NCBI GenBank assembly: GCA_033764015.1
Contig: JANRJK010000055.1
Span: forward strand, 96,001-160,000
DNA length: 64,000 nucleotides
Direction: 5' to 3'
Origin: Candidatus Sumerlaeia bacterium
GTDB lineage: Bacteria > Sumerlaeota > Sumerlaeia > SLMS01 > JANRJK01
Shown here: one piece after another, positions 1 to 9,811 of the stretch
How the letters are laid out: each line of letters opens with the position of its first letter
How positions within the stretch are numbered: position 1 is the first letter of the stretch
Program-made: the position numbers and the translations under genes
The notes under the pieces: model-generated
What the model was told of the DNA's origin: nothing
What the model saw: the letters and a program-made list of their open reading frames with translations, nothing else
Databases searched by the model: none

Positions 1-387
1 GTAGAGGCGCCCCGCGGGCGGGTCGCCGACGTCGAAGCGGAGCCAGCGCGGGTCCGCGTCCCAGCCCGGTTCGCGGGCGTCCGCGTCGAAGGGCACCACC
101 GTGGCCGCCTCGCCGCCGGGGAGGAGCTTGCGGACGCGCACCTCCTCGACCAGGTCGCCTGCGGCGATGGTGGCGGCGAGCGTTTCGAGTTCGGCGAAGC
201 GCACCGCGCGCCCTTCCGGCCGGCCGAGGACGCCGGTGCGCGCGAAGAGGTCGCGTGCGTTCTCGAGCGCCTCGCGGCGCTGCTCCGCGACGCGCCCGCG
301 GAGCCACACGAGCGTGCCGAGCGCGGCGGCGAGCAGCAGCAGCGTGAGCGCCAGCGGCCAGCGCGCCGGCGCGCGCGGGGCGCTCAC
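1..387 (-). CDS. N-terminal part of a membrane-anchored protein (possibly a sensor kinase); runs off the window edge
   Basis: GTG at 387-385 overlaps the upstream TGA (GTGA); reads MSAPRAPARWPLALTLLLLAAALGTLVWLRGR... with one TM helix, open to position 1. Confidence 0.6.
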   Translation of the reverse strand, partial: MSAPRAPARWPLALTLLLLAAALGTLVWLRGRVAEQRREALENARDLFARTGVLGRPEGRAVRFAELETLAATIAAGDLVEEVRVRKLLPGGEAATVVPFDADAREPGWDADPRWLRFDVGDPPAGRLY

Positions 388-1340
388 GGCGCCGCGTCCT
401 CCCGGGGCGCGGCGAACTCCTCGAGCAGCGCCGGCAGCCGCGCGTAGGCGTCGTCCGCCGCTTCCTGGTACTGCACGCCGCCGAAGCCGTCCTCGCGCGC
501 GTGGTCGACCACCGCCGCGCGCAGCAGCCGCCCCAGCGGCGACACCTCCGGCGCCAGCGACGCCCGCAGCACCACCGGATCCGTCGGCACCGGCTCGGAC
601 TCCGCCAGCACCGCGACGAAGCCCTGCGCGCGCCACTCGGCGCCAAGCACCGCGGGCAGCGCGCCGGACTCGCATACGCCCGCCGACGCCAACCCGGAGA
701 CGACCGCCTTCACCACTTCCTCCGACGAGTCGAACCACACGAGGTCGAGGCGCCGGAGGTCGATGCCGTGCTCGCGCCGGAGCAGCAGCGCGGGCGCGAT
801 GTGCCCTGCGAGGCTTTCCGTGGCGACGACGGCGACGGGGCCTTCCGCGAGCGCCTCCGCGACCGGGCGCTGCTCGCGGGCGATCACGGCGCCGCCGCGC
901 AGGACGAGGCCGCCGCGCGGCGGGAAGATGTCGCTGTCGCGGCGCGCCTGCAGCGCCACGCGGTAGCCGGGGCGCTGCCGCGCGAGGATGCGCGCGGGGA
1001 CGAACGCCAGGTCGAACTCGCCCGCGTCGAGGCGGCGGAGCAGATCCTCCGCGCCGTCCGCGGGGAAGAGCCCGGCGCCCGAGAAGCCCGCGTCGGCCAG
1101 CGCCGCGCCGAGCGTGGCGTCCGACTCGATGCGGCGGCGCAGCGCCTCGAGCTCCGCGAGCGTCGGGGCGCCGTCCGGCGCCCCGCGGAGGAAGCCGACC
1201 CGGAGCGGTTCCGCCCGGGGGGCGGGCGCGCGTTGCGCCTGCGTCCACGTGGCGGCGGCGAGCAAGAGTGCCAGGATGAGCCAAATGCCGGGAGTTCGTC
1301 CCGCGCGGGCGGATCTCCGGAAAGTGTGCGGGGCTTCCAT
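384..1340 (-). CDS. PhnD/phosphate-phosphonate-type periplasmic substrate-binding protein
   Basis: Signal peptide; LRVGF, FDLAFV, ESLAGHIAP, SSEEVVKAVVSG and VPTDPVVLR segments typical of PhnD-like binding proteins. Confidence 0.7.
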   Translation of the reverse strand: MEAPHTFRRSARAGRTPGIWLILALLLAAATWTQAQRAPAPRAEPLRVGFLRGAPDGAPTLAELEALRRRIESDATLGAALADAGFSGAGLFPADGAEDLLRRLDAGEFDLAFVPARILARQRPGYRVALQARRDSDIFPPRGGLVLRGGAVIAREQRPVAEALAEGPVAVVATESLAGHIAPALLLRREHGIDLRRLDLVWFDSSEEVVKAVVSGLASAGVCESGALPAVLGAEWRAQGFVAVLAESEPVPTDPVVLRASLAPEVSPLGRLLRAAVVDHAREDGFGGVQYQEAADDAYARLPALLEEFAAPREDAAP

Positions 1341-1446
1341 GGGCTCAGGTTCTTCCGATTGGCGGTCCGCCGCAAGTGGCCCGATTTACGCATGGATTTC
1401 CGGCGCGGCGCCGCGCGGGGATTCTTCCTCGGCGAGCCTGTTTCCG

Positions 1447-1476
1447 TTGACCAGATGGCAAATCGGCGACTAATTC
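1447..1476 (+). promoter_or_regulatory. candidate sigma70-type promoter for the XPB operon
   Basis: TTGACC (1447-1452), 18 nt, TAATTC (1471-1476) in the divergent intergenic region. Confidence 0.35.
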
Positions 1477-1560
1477 TCCACGTGTGGTGACGCGGGCGGG
1501 GCCGCCCAAGAGCGGCGCCACCCCTGCGCAGGCCGCGCGAAAAGAGTTCCAGAGGCCCTC

Positions 1561-3279
1561 ATGAGTGGTTTCAACCCAGCGAATCCGGTGATTGTCCAGA
1601 GCGATCTGTCGGTGCTCCTCGAAACCGACAACGCCCTGTACGAGGAGGCCCGCGACGCGCTCGCCCGCTTCGCCGAACTGGAGAAGTCGCCGGACTACAT
1701 CCACACGTACCGGATCACGCCGCTGTCGCTCTGGAACGCCGCCGCCGCCGGCGAGTCCGCCGACGAGATCTGTTCGCTCCTCCTGCGCTACGCCAAGTAC
1801 CCGGTCCCCGAAGCCGTCCTCATCGAGGTGCGCGAGCAGGCCAGCCGCTACGGCCGCCTCAAGCTCGTCCGCGAAGGCGAGGACCTGGTGCTCCAGTCGA
1901 CGGACCGCGCCGCGATGCTGCAGGTCACGCGGCACAAGAAGGTGCAGCCCTACCTGGTCCGCCAGCTCGACCCGAACCGGTGGGTGGTCGATTCGAAGCA
2001 CCGCGGCCTGCTGAAGCAGGCGCTCATCAAGATCAAGTTTCCGGTCGAGGACCTCGCGGGCTACCTCGAGGGCGACCCGCTGCCGATGGAGCTGCGCGAG
2101 GAGACGGTCGGCGGGCGCGGCTTCGGCCTGCGCGAGTACCAGCGCGACGCAGCGGACATCTTCTACGCCGCGGGCAGCGCGCGCGGCGGCTCCGGCGTCC
2201 TCGTCCTCCCCTGCGGCGCCGGCAAGACCATCATCGGCATCGCCACCATGGCCCGCATCGGCCAGCGCACCCTGATCCTCACGACCAACATCACCTCGCT
2301 GCGCCAGTGGCGCGCCGAAATCCTCGACAAGACCACGCTCCGCCCGGACGAGGTCGGCGAGTACTCCGGCGAAATGAAGGAAATCAAGCCGGTCACCATC
2401 TCGACCTACCAGCTCATGACGTTCCGCAAGAAGAAGACGGACGAGTTCGCCCACATGGAGCTGTTCAACTCGGAGAACTGGGGCCTGATCGTGTACGACG
2501 AGGTGCACATGCTGCCGGCGCCGGTGTTCCGCACCGTGGCCGACATCCAGGCGCGCCGGCGCCTTGGCCTCACCGCCACGCTCGTGCGCGAGGACGGCCT
2601 CGCGGACGACGTCTTCTCGCTGATCGGCCCGAAGAAGTTCGACGTCCCTTGGCGGCAGCTCGAATCGCAGGGCTGGATCGCCACCGCGGAATGCGTCGAA
2701 ATGCGCGTGCCGCTCCCCTCCGCGATGAAGGTCGACTACGCCGTCGCCGACGCGCGCGAGCAGTTCCGCATCGCCTCCGAAAGCCCCGCCAAGGTCCCCG
2801 TGCTCCTTTCGCTGCTCGAACGCCACCGCGGCGACAGCGTGCTCATCATCGGCCAGTACCTGGACCAGCTCGAAATCGTCTCCCGCGAGGTCGGCGTGCC
2901 GATCATCACCGGGAAGACGCCGAACAAGGAGCGCGAGGAGCTTTACCGCAAGTTCAAGGCGAAGGAGATCAACACCCTCGTCGTATCAAAGGTGGCGAAC
3001 TTCGCGGTGGACCTGCCGGACGCGAACGTGGCGGTGCAGGTCGCCGGCACGTTCGGCTCGCGGCAGGAGGAGGCCCAGCGCCTCGGCCGCGTGCTGCGCC
3101 CGAAGGGCGCGGGACGGGCGAACATCGCCCACTTCTACTCGATCGTGACCCGCGATTCGGTCGAGCAGGAGTTCGCCGCGAAACGCCAGCGCTTCCTCGC
3201 GGAGCAGGGCTACTCCTACCGGATCGAGATCCTCGAAAGCGAAGACATGCAGGAGGCGGGCGAGCCCACGGGCCGCTGA
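1561..3279 (+). CDS. xpb: bacterial XPB/Rad25/Ssl2-family DNA helicase
   Basis: N-terminal IVQSDLSVLLE...HTYRITPLSLWNA (Helicase_C_3-type domain); LREYQ; Walker A LPCGAGKT; DEVH; LGLTAT; GSRQEEAQRLGRVLR. Confidence 0.95.
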   Translation: MSGFNPANPVIVQSDLSVLLETDNALYEEARDALARFAELEKSPDYIHTYRITPLSLWNAAAAGESADEICSLLLRYAKYPVPEAVLIEVREQASRYGRLKLVREGEDLVLQSTDRAAMLQVTRHKKVQPYLVRQLDPNRWVVDSKHRGLLKQALIKIKFPVEDLAGYLEGDPLPMELREETVGGRGFGLREYQRDAADIFYAAGSARGGSGVLVLPCGAGKTIIGIATMARIGQRTLILTTNITSLRQWRAEILDKTTLRPDEVGEYSGEMKEIKPVTISTYQLMTFRKKKTDEFAHMELFNSENWGLIVYDEVHMLPAPVFRTVADIQARRRLGLTATLVREDGLADDVFSLIGPKKFDVPWRQLESQGWIATAECVEMRVPLPSAMKVDYAVADAREQFRIASESPAKVPVLLSLLERHRGDSVLIIGQYLDQLEIVSREVGVPIITGKTPNKEREELYRKFKAKEINTLVVSKVANFAVDLPDANVAVQVAGTFGSRQEEAQRLGRVLRPKGAGRANIAHFYSIVTRDSVEQEFAAKRQRFLAEQGYSYRIEILESEDMQEAGEPTGR

Positions 3280-3299
3280 TCCGCCCTCCCAAGGAACCC

Positions 3300-6071
3300 A
3301 TGAAGCTCAAGAGCATCCTAAAGACACTGTCGGTCGAGTACCTCGATGGCATCCAGCACCACTGGGGCATCTCCCCGGCGGACCTGTCGGAAGCGCCCAC
3401 GGAGGACGCCAAGTGCGCCCTCCTGGTCGGCAACCTCTACCAGCGCATCCAGAACCGCCAGCTCTGGGAGCGCGCCACCGCGAGCCTCACGGACCGCGAG
3501 CGCGGCCTCGTCAACTTCCTCGCCATCCACGGCGGCGACCTCGACGCGGACGAGGTGACGCACCGCTACTTCGAGGGCGACGTGAAGGCGATGATCACCT
3601 CCGTCAAGAGCCTCGGTCGCCGCGGCATCGTCTTCTTCGACGACGTCCCCGGCGTGACCAAGAAGCTGCTCCTCGTCGGCATCCCCGAGCCGTTCCTCCG
3701 CTTCATCGAGCTCCCCAGCTACTGGGAGGGGTACCTCGGGAACTTCCTCAAGGAGTTCTCGACCAACGAGTTGAAGCACATCGCCACGCAGGGCCTCCGC
3801 CTCGAGGTGGAGGCGAACTGCAAGAACTACCTGATCTGGCTGCTGCGCCGCTCGCTGCTCGATCCGAAGTTCCTGCGCCGCTACCTAGAGCGGCTGCCCG
3901 ACGGCCCGCGCGAGATCTTCACGCTCCTCGAACAGCGCAAGGGCGCCTGCGTCTACCGCGACCTCCTCGAGCTGAACATCCAGCGCCAGTACGACCACCA
4001 GCGCGTCGACGCGCTCCAGTGGCTCCTCAACACCAGCGGGCTCGTCTTCACCGCGGTCGCCGGCGGGAACAAGTACAGCAACCTGCTGATGATCCCCCGC
4101 GACGTGTACTACATCATCGCGAACCACTTCAAAGCGGACGAGCGCACCTTCACGCAGCTCGACAGCGTCTCCGTCGTCACCAAGGAGGAGCGGCCCAACG
4201 TCGTCCTCGAGAACTCGAACACGCTGCTCCGCGACCTGGTGGCGCTCTGCAACTGGATCGACCGCCACCCGGTGAAGGTGCTCGCCACGGAAGGCATCGG
4301 GAAGAACGACCTGAAGAAGGTGATCCCGTTCCTCTCGCGGCTCAAGTCGGTCAAGTACGCCGAGTTCCTCTCCCTCTTCGCGATCCAGCGCAAGTTCCTG
4401 GTCTCCACCGGCAAGACCTACCGCGTTTCGCAGTCCTTCCTCGAATGGCTCAACGACGCGCAGGGCGCCTACCGCGAGCTGCTCGCCTGGTGGCTCACGA
4501 CGACGGACTGGAACGAGGAGTTCGTGGACGGCAACACGATCCACGTGGAGCCGAAGGCGACGGGCCTGGTGGGCATCGTGCCGCTGCGGCGGCTCGTGCT
4601 CGAGGTGCTCCGCGACATGCCGCGGGACCGTTGGCTCTCCTTCGACGCCTTCTGCGAGGAGGTGACGCCGAAGATCGCGCAGGCGATCCCCAAGCGCGGC
4701 GTCCCCTTCGTCTACGACAAGCACACGCGCAGCAACGAGCTGGTGGTCGAGTCGGTCGTCGCCGAATGCCTCCACTGGCTCGGGCTGGTCGCGGTCGGCC
4801 TGCAGGCGGAGGACGACGCGGAGATCATCGGCTCGCGCCGCGGCGACGGCAAGAAGCTCAAGGCGGCGGGCTCCGGCCGCGGACGCCCCCGCAAGCAGGC
4901 GGAACTCAAGTTCGCCTTCCGCTTCACCGACCTCGGACGCTTCGTCTTCGCCCGTCCCCTCGAGGAGTGGGGCCGCCTCTTCGACGCGCTCGACGAGAAC
5001 GAGCCGCAGCCGATGCGCTACGACGCGGAGCACTTCATCGTGCAGCAGACGCAGGAGATCGTCGTCCCGCCGGACGTGCGCCTCGGCGTGTTCTACCAGC
5101 TCAACGAAATCTGCGAAGTGCGCTCGCTCGACGTGATGTCGATCCTCGCCGTCACGCGCGAAAGCCTGCGCGCCGGCATGGACCGCGGCCTCACCGCCGA
5201 CGACATCCTGCGCTTCCTCGAAAAGGGCGCCCGCACGCCGCTGCCGCAGAGCATCTCGCTCCTCGTCAAGGAATGCGGCAACAAGCACGGCGAAGTGAAC
5301 ATGGGCTTCGCCGGCGGCTACCTCATCATCGACGACGCGCCGCTCCTCGCCCAGCTCCGCGCCAACAAGAAGCTCTCCGTCCACATCAAGGACGTGATCG
5401 ACGACCGCATCGTCATCCTCACGCAGGACACCGACATCCGGCGCCTCGGGCGCGAGCTGCAGAAGATCGGCTTCATGCCCCGCCTCGCCGCCGAACACGT
5501 CCACGTCTCCGACGAGGACACCTACCACCTGTCGCTCTCGCGCGAGGACATGTACTCGATGCTGGCCGCGGTGCGCTACGCGATGACGGTGGCGGACGAG
5601 AAGGGCCGCGCCGTCGCGGAGGAGCGCCTGGTGCCGCTGCTCGAGCGCCTGCGCCCCAACGTCCGCGCGTTCCAGGGCCTCACTGAACTCAGCGACACGC
5701 TCCTCAAGACGTGGCAGCGCGCCTCGCAGTCCGCGCAGGAAGCGCAGATGGCCGAGATCAAGGAGAAGTTCGCCGAGAGCCTCTCGCACCTCGTCACCAA
5801 CAACACCGCCAACCGCGCCCCCGCGCGCGCCGGATACCAGGGGCCGAACCCCGCCCGCGAACCGGACCGGATCCGCGAGATGCTCGACTACGCCATCGAG
5901 CACGAGCACGAGGTCGAGATCGAGTACATCAAGGCGAACCAGACCGAGGTGCGCGAGGTCGTCGCGCCGGAAACGCTCGAACAGGACCGCCTCCTCGCGC
6001 GCTGCCGCACCCGCAACGACGCCTTCTCGGTGTACAAGGTGGAGCGTATCGTCCGCGCGCGGCTGACCTGA
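3300..6071 (+). CDS. XPB-associated protein (Helicase_C_3-like domain, AT-hook-like motif, C-terminal WYL-like domain), 923 aa
   Basis: ATG 3300 after AAGGA, 20 nt behind xpb; FIVQQTQEIVVPP...VTRESLRAGMDRGLTADDILRFL...PLPQSI matches the XPB N-terminal-type domain; C-terminal AIEHEHEVEIEY...REVVAPETL...ARCRTRNDAFSVYKVERI is WYL-like. Confidence 0.8.
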   Translation: MKLKSILKTLSVEYLDGIQHHWGISPADLSEAPTEDAKCALLVGNLYQRIQNRQLWERATASLTDRERGLVNFLAIHGGDLDADEVTHRYFEGDVKAMITSVKSLGRRGIVFFDDVPGVTKKLLLVGIPEPFLRFIELPSYWEGYLGNFLKEFSTNELKHIATQGLRLEVEANCKNYLIWLLRRSLLDPKFLRRYLERLPDGPREIFTLLEQRKGACVYRDLLELNIQRQYDHQRVDALQWLLNTSGLVFTAVAGGNKYSNLLMIPRDVYYIIANHFKADERTFTQLDSVSVVTKEERPNVVLENSNTLLRDLVALCNWIDRHPVKVLATEGIGKNDLKKVIPFLSRLKSVKYAEFLSLFAIQRKFLVSTGKTYRVSQSFLEWLNDAQGAYRELLAWWLTTTDWNEEFVDGNTIHVEPKATGLVGIVPLRRLVLEVLRDMPRDRWLSFDAFCEEVTPKIAQAIPKRGVPFVYDKHTRSNELVVESVVAECLHWLGLVAVGLQAEDDAEIIGSRRGDGKKLKAAGSGRGRPRKQAELKFAFRFTDLGRFVFARPLEEWGRLFDALDENEPQPMRYDAEHFIVQQTQEIVVPPDVRLGVFYQLNEICEVRSLDVMSILAVTRESLRAGMDRGLTADDILRFLEKGARTPLPQSISLLVKECGNKHGEVNMGFAGGYLIIDDAPLLAQLRANKKLSVHIKDVIDDRIVILTQDTDIRRLGRELQKIGFMPRLAAEHVHVSDEDTYHLSLSREDMYSMLAAVRYAMTVADEKGRAVAEERLVPLLERLRPNVRAFQGLTELSDTLLKTWQRASQSAQEAQMAEIKEKFAESLSHLVTNNTANRAPARAGYQGPNPAREPDRIREMLDYAIEHEHEVEIEYIKANQTEVREVVAPETLEQDRLLARCRTRNDAFSVYKVERIVRARLT

Positions 6072-6133
6072 GCGCGCCCGCCCGGGGGCTTTCCCCTTGC
6101 CGGTGTATGCCCCGTCGGCGCGCGGTGTCGCGC

Positions 6134-6520
6134 ATGGCCGCCAAGGACTCGACACCACCCTCCCAGACCTTCTTCGGACTCCTGTGGCGCATGGTCGTCG
6201 CGGGGTCGCTGGTGTTCGCGCTGGCGGCGGGGGGCGCGTACTTCGGCGTCGAGCGCATGATCCGCGCGCCGGAGGCGGACGCGCCGGACCTGCTCACGCT
6301 CGGGCTCGACGAGGCGCTCCGCGAGGCTTCCGCCCGCGGATTCCCGGTGCGCATCGAGGCGGAGGAGCCCACCGGCCTGCTCGCCTCGGGGCGTGTGCTT
6401 TCGCAGCGTCCGCTGCCGGGCGAGCGCGTGAAGGCGGGCGCCGTGGTCTACCTCACCGTCGCCGCGCCGCCGGCGCTCGGCGGGCTGGCCCGGGGCGGCG
6501 GCGCGTCGGAAGGGCGCTGA
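6134..6520 (+). CDS. single-pass membrane protein with PASTA domain
   Basis: TM segment, then APDLLTLGLDEA...GRVLSQRPLPGERVKAGAVVYLTV (PASTA pattern). Confidence 0.8.
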   Translation: MAAKDSTPPSQTFFGLLWRMVVAGSLVFALAAGGAYFGVERMIRAPEADAPDLLTLGLDEALREASARGFPVRIEAEEPTGLLASGRVLSQRPLPGERVKAGAVVYLTVAAPPALGGLARGGGASEGR

Positions 6521-6530
6521 GGCGCGGGGC

Positions 6531-7922
6531 TTACTGCCCCTGCGCGAGCGAGTAGCCGGCCTTGCCGCAGAAGTCCTGCAGCTTCTCGATGTGCATCCAC
6601 TTGAACGACTTGTCCAGCTCCGCGACCGCCGCCATCACGTCGCCGTCGGAGACCTGCCCCGCGGCTTCGTAGCGCACGCGGTGCACGTCGACCAGCACGA
6701 TGTCGGGCGTCGGTCCGGGGAACACCTTGCTGCCGCGGTTGCTGACCATCTTCAGATCGAAGGGCCCCACCTTGGCCGGCATCGCGGGGATGCCGGTGTG
6801 CTCGACGAAGAAGTCGAAACCCTTGAGCGCGCGCCCCGCGGGCACGCTGGTGACCGCGTCCGCCGCGCGGGTGAAGGAGCCGGCGCTGGCGGCCACCGTG
6901 TAGCCCGTGATCGCGGTCGCCTGGCTGATCTGGCGGCAGACCGCTTCGGCGAACTCGCGGGTGCCGAGCTCGCCGCCAAGGTCGCGCGTGCGCTTGCCCG
7001 ATTCGAGCGTCGCGATGACGGCGCGCTCGATCATGTCCGCGTGCGCGAGGAAGCCCATGTGGCGCAGCATCGCGATCGTCGAGAGCAGCATCGCCGTCGG
7101 GTTCGCCATGTTCTTGCCGGCGATGTCCGGCGCGCTGCCGTGGACCGCCTCGAAGACCGCGCGCCCGTCGCCGATGTTGCCGCCCGGCGCCACGCCGAGG
7201 CCGCCCACGAGGCCGGCGCAAAGGTCGCTCACGATGTCGCCGAACAGGTTCGGCAGCACCATCACGTCGAACTGCCCGGGCTTCGAGACGAGCTGCATGC
7301 AGCAGTTGTCGACGATGATGTCGCTCGCCTCGATCTGCGGGTACTCCTTCGCCACCTCGTAGAACATCTCCATGAAGAGGCCGTCGGTGATCTTCATGAT
7401 GTTGGCTTTGTGGACGCAGGTGACCTTCTTGCGCTGCTGCGCGGCGGCCATCTCGAAGGCGTAGCGCGCGATGCGCTTCGAGCCCGGCCGCGTGATCAGG
7501 CGCAGGCACTGGGCCACGTCGTTCGACTGCATGTGCTCGATGCCGCCGTAGGTGTCCTCGATGTTCTCGCGGACGATGATGAGGTCGACGCCGGCGATCG
7601 GCGCCTTCACGCCGGGGAGCGTGCGCGAGGGGCGCACGTTGGCGAACAGCTCGAGCGCCTTGCGGATCGTGACGTTCACGCTCTTGTGGCCGCCGCCGAC
7701 CGGTGTGGTGGTCGGCCCCTTCAGCGCCACGCCGACGGCCTTGATGCGCTCGATCGTCTCCTGCGGGCACCCGTGGCCGGTCCGCTCGATGGCGCCCAGC
7801 CCGGCGTCCGCCGCCACCCATTCGATCGGCGCCTCGGCGGCGTCGACGATGTCGCGCACCGCGGCGGAAATCTCCGGGCCGATGCCGTCGCCTTCGATCA
7901 ACACGACCTGACGCTTGCTCAT
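6531..7922 (-). CDS. icd: isocitrate dehydrogenase (long form with C-terminal extension)
   Basis: GDGIGPEI, ALKGPTTTPVGGGHKSVNVTIRK, RENIED, HKANIMK, NLFGDIVSD, FEAVHGSAPDIAG; C-terminal LKMVSNRG...HIEKL extension. Confidence 0.9.
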   Translation of the reverse strand: MSKRQVVLIEGDGIGPEISAAVRDIVDAAEAPIEWVAADAGLGAIERTGHGCPQETIERIKAVGVALKGPTTTPVGGGHKSVNVTIRKALELFANVRPSRTLPGVKAPIAGVDLIIVRENIEDTYGGIEHMQSNDVAQCLRLITRPGSKRIARYAFEMAAAQQRKKVTCVHKANIMKITDGLFMEMFYEVAKEYPQIEASDIIVDNCCMQLVSKPGQFDVMVLPNLFGDIVSDLCAGLVGGLGVAPGGNIGDGRAVFEAVHGSAPDIAGKNMANPTAMLLSTIAMLRHMGFLAHADMIERAVIATLESGKRTRDLGGELGTREFAEAVCRQISQATAITGYTVAASAGSFTRAADAVTSVPAGRALKGFDFFVEHTGIPAMPAKVGPFDLKMVSNRGSKVFPGPTPDIVLVDVHRVRYEAAGQVSDGDVMAAVAELDKSFKWMHIEKLQDFCGKAGYSLAQGQ

Positions 7923-8232
7923 GGGTGGACACGTTCCTTCGACGCGGGATGTTGCGCCAACGCTGCGCGCGCCGGAAGCGCGTGGGCGAGAACAAAGCGG
8001 CGGAGCGCGGCGCTTCCCCTTGCATCGCCGCGCCGTCCCTGCTTGCCTTCCACCACCTTGGCGCGCCTCTCCGCGCGCCCGCCCGAGAGGCCGGACCGAT
8101 GCAAGCCACGCTCCGATTCCCAGCTATTGCGAGCGGCGTCCGCTAGACGCCAGCCCCGCCGCCGTCCTCTCCCGGCACGCAGGAGCGCCCGCGCTCCCGC
8201 CCCCCTTTCCCGACAACCACAAGGACTTCGAC

Positions 8233-9585
8233 ATGGGCACGCAGACCCATGAGCGGAGGCTCAACGCCTCCGCCCGCCGCACCGCCGCGGCCACCACCCC
8301 CGCGCGGTCCGGCGACGGCGCCCTCGAGGCGCTCCAGACCCGCTTCTTCGGACGCGTCGAGTCGTCCGTCGCGGACCTCCGCGCGTTCTTCGGCGACGCG
8401 TCCGGGCGCCTCGCCACGCACTCGCTGGACAAGACGCCGCAGGACCTCTACATGCTCCTGCGCGCCCTCCACGCCCTCCTCGACGGCTGGCGCGTGGTGC
8501 GCGAGGAGCGCTACGACCGCCACGCCCCGGCGCTGCTCGAGTACGCCGCCATCGAGACCGCGCCGGACCGCTTCGAGCACGTGCCGCGCGAGGGGCGGCA
8601 GTACTGGCTCGGCCCGGACGGCCGCCGCTTCGCCCTCGACCTCGAGTTCGACGAGGACCCCTCGGGCGAGTGGTCCACCATGGGCTTCGTCCTCGAGCGG
8701 AGCGAGCACCGCTGGCTGCTCGACCTGTTGCCGAAGCTCGAAGCCTGGGCCGATGCGAACCACTACTTCCGTGGACGCGCGATCGACCTCGCCGGCAAGT
8801 TCCTCAAGGGGATCGACGAGGCGTCCTGGGAGGACGTGCTGCTGCCGGCGGAGCTGCGCGCGGCGATCGAGCGCAATTGCATCGGGCTCCTGTCGCACCG
8901 CGAGCTGTACCGGGCCAACGGCGTCCCCCTGCGGCGCGGCATCATCCTCCACGGCCCGCCCGGCACCGGGAAGACCACCATCGGACGGGCGCTCGCGCGG
9001 CGCTGCGGCGTGACGTTCATCCTCGCCACGCCCGGCATGGTCGACGAGCCCCGCACGGTGCGCCGCGCGTTCGAATGGGCCCGGCGCCTCGGGCCCGCGA
9101 TCCTCTTCTTCGAGGACTTCGACCTCGTGGCGAAGAACCGCGAGGAGGGCGGCGGCAGCGTCCTCGGCGAGTTCCTCTCCTGCCTCGACGGCGTGGACTG
9201 TTCCGAAGGGATCATCACGGTGGTCACCACGAACAAGCTCTCCGCCATCGACCCGGCGCTGCGGAACCGCCCGAACCGCCTAGACGTGGTGCTCGAGGTG
9301 CCGCCGCTCGAGACGTCCCTCCGCGGCGAGATGCTCCGGCGCTGGCGCGAGCGCTCCGGCGGCTCCTTCGACGAGGGCCGCTGGGCGGAGAAGACGAAGG
9401 GCCAGACCGGCGCGCAGTTGCAGGAACTGCTCCGCTGCGCCGTCGTCGCCGCGGTCGAGGAGGCGGTCGCCGCGGGCCGCGCGGAACCGGCCCGCCTCGG
9501 CCTCACCGACGCCCACCTCGAAGCGGCGTGGACGAAGCTGCACCCCGGCCGCGCCCGGCGGATCGGCTTCCACGCCGGCGAATGA
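8233..9585 (+). CDS. AAA+ ATPase (stand-alone)
   Basis: RRGIILHGPPGTGKT, Walker B FFEDFD, TTN sensor, ALRNRPNRLD arginine finger, terminal RRIGF; AAGGA before ATG 8233. Confidence 0.85.
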   Translation: MGTQTHERRLNASARRTAAATTPARSGDGALEALQTRFFGRVESSVADLRAFFGDASGRLATHSLDKTPQDLYMLLRALHALLDGWRVVREERYDRHAPALLEYAAIETAPDRFEHVPREGRQYWLGPDGRRFALDLEFDEDPSGEWSTMGFVLERSEHRWLLDLLPKLEAWADANHYFRGRAIDLAGKFLKGIDEASWEDVLLPAELRAAIERNCIGLLSHRELYRANGVPLRRGIILHGPPGTGKTTIGRALARRCGVTFILATPGMVDEPRTVRRAFEWARRLGPAILFFEDFDLVAKNREEGGGSVLGEFLSCLDGVDCSEGIITVVTTNKLSAIDPALRNRPNRLDVVLEVPPLETSLRGEMLRRWRERSGGSFDEGRWAEKTKGQTGAQLQELLRCAVVAAVEEAVAAGRAEPARLGLTDAHLEAAWTKLHPGRARRIGFHAGE

Positions 9586-9811
9586 CAGCAGCCGCACCGC
9601 CCCGGGTCGCGCCGCGCCGCGCGCCCCGGGGCGTGCGCGGCTGGACAGGGGGCGCCGCGGAACGCGGGTCGCCTGTGCGGCGGATAGGCCACGCCTGCCG
9701 CGACGTGGGGACTGAATCCAACTTACGGATACAGGCTATACGAACAACACAACCATTGCGAAAACCCAAGTACCTACCGATGGACCTCGCTGGACAAGGG
9801 TTGCTCGCTAC

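Noticed and set aside
1980..3299. N-terminal 440 aa of the 1363-aa ORF 1980..6071
   Set aside because: Off-frame overlap with xpb, Arg/Pro/Gly-rich; the real start is ATG 3300 with an SD
3885..6158. 757-aa antisense ORF (likewise 10617..13166, 51605..54316, 60391..63954)
   Set aside because: Shadow ORFs opposite well-supported genes, expected at this GC content
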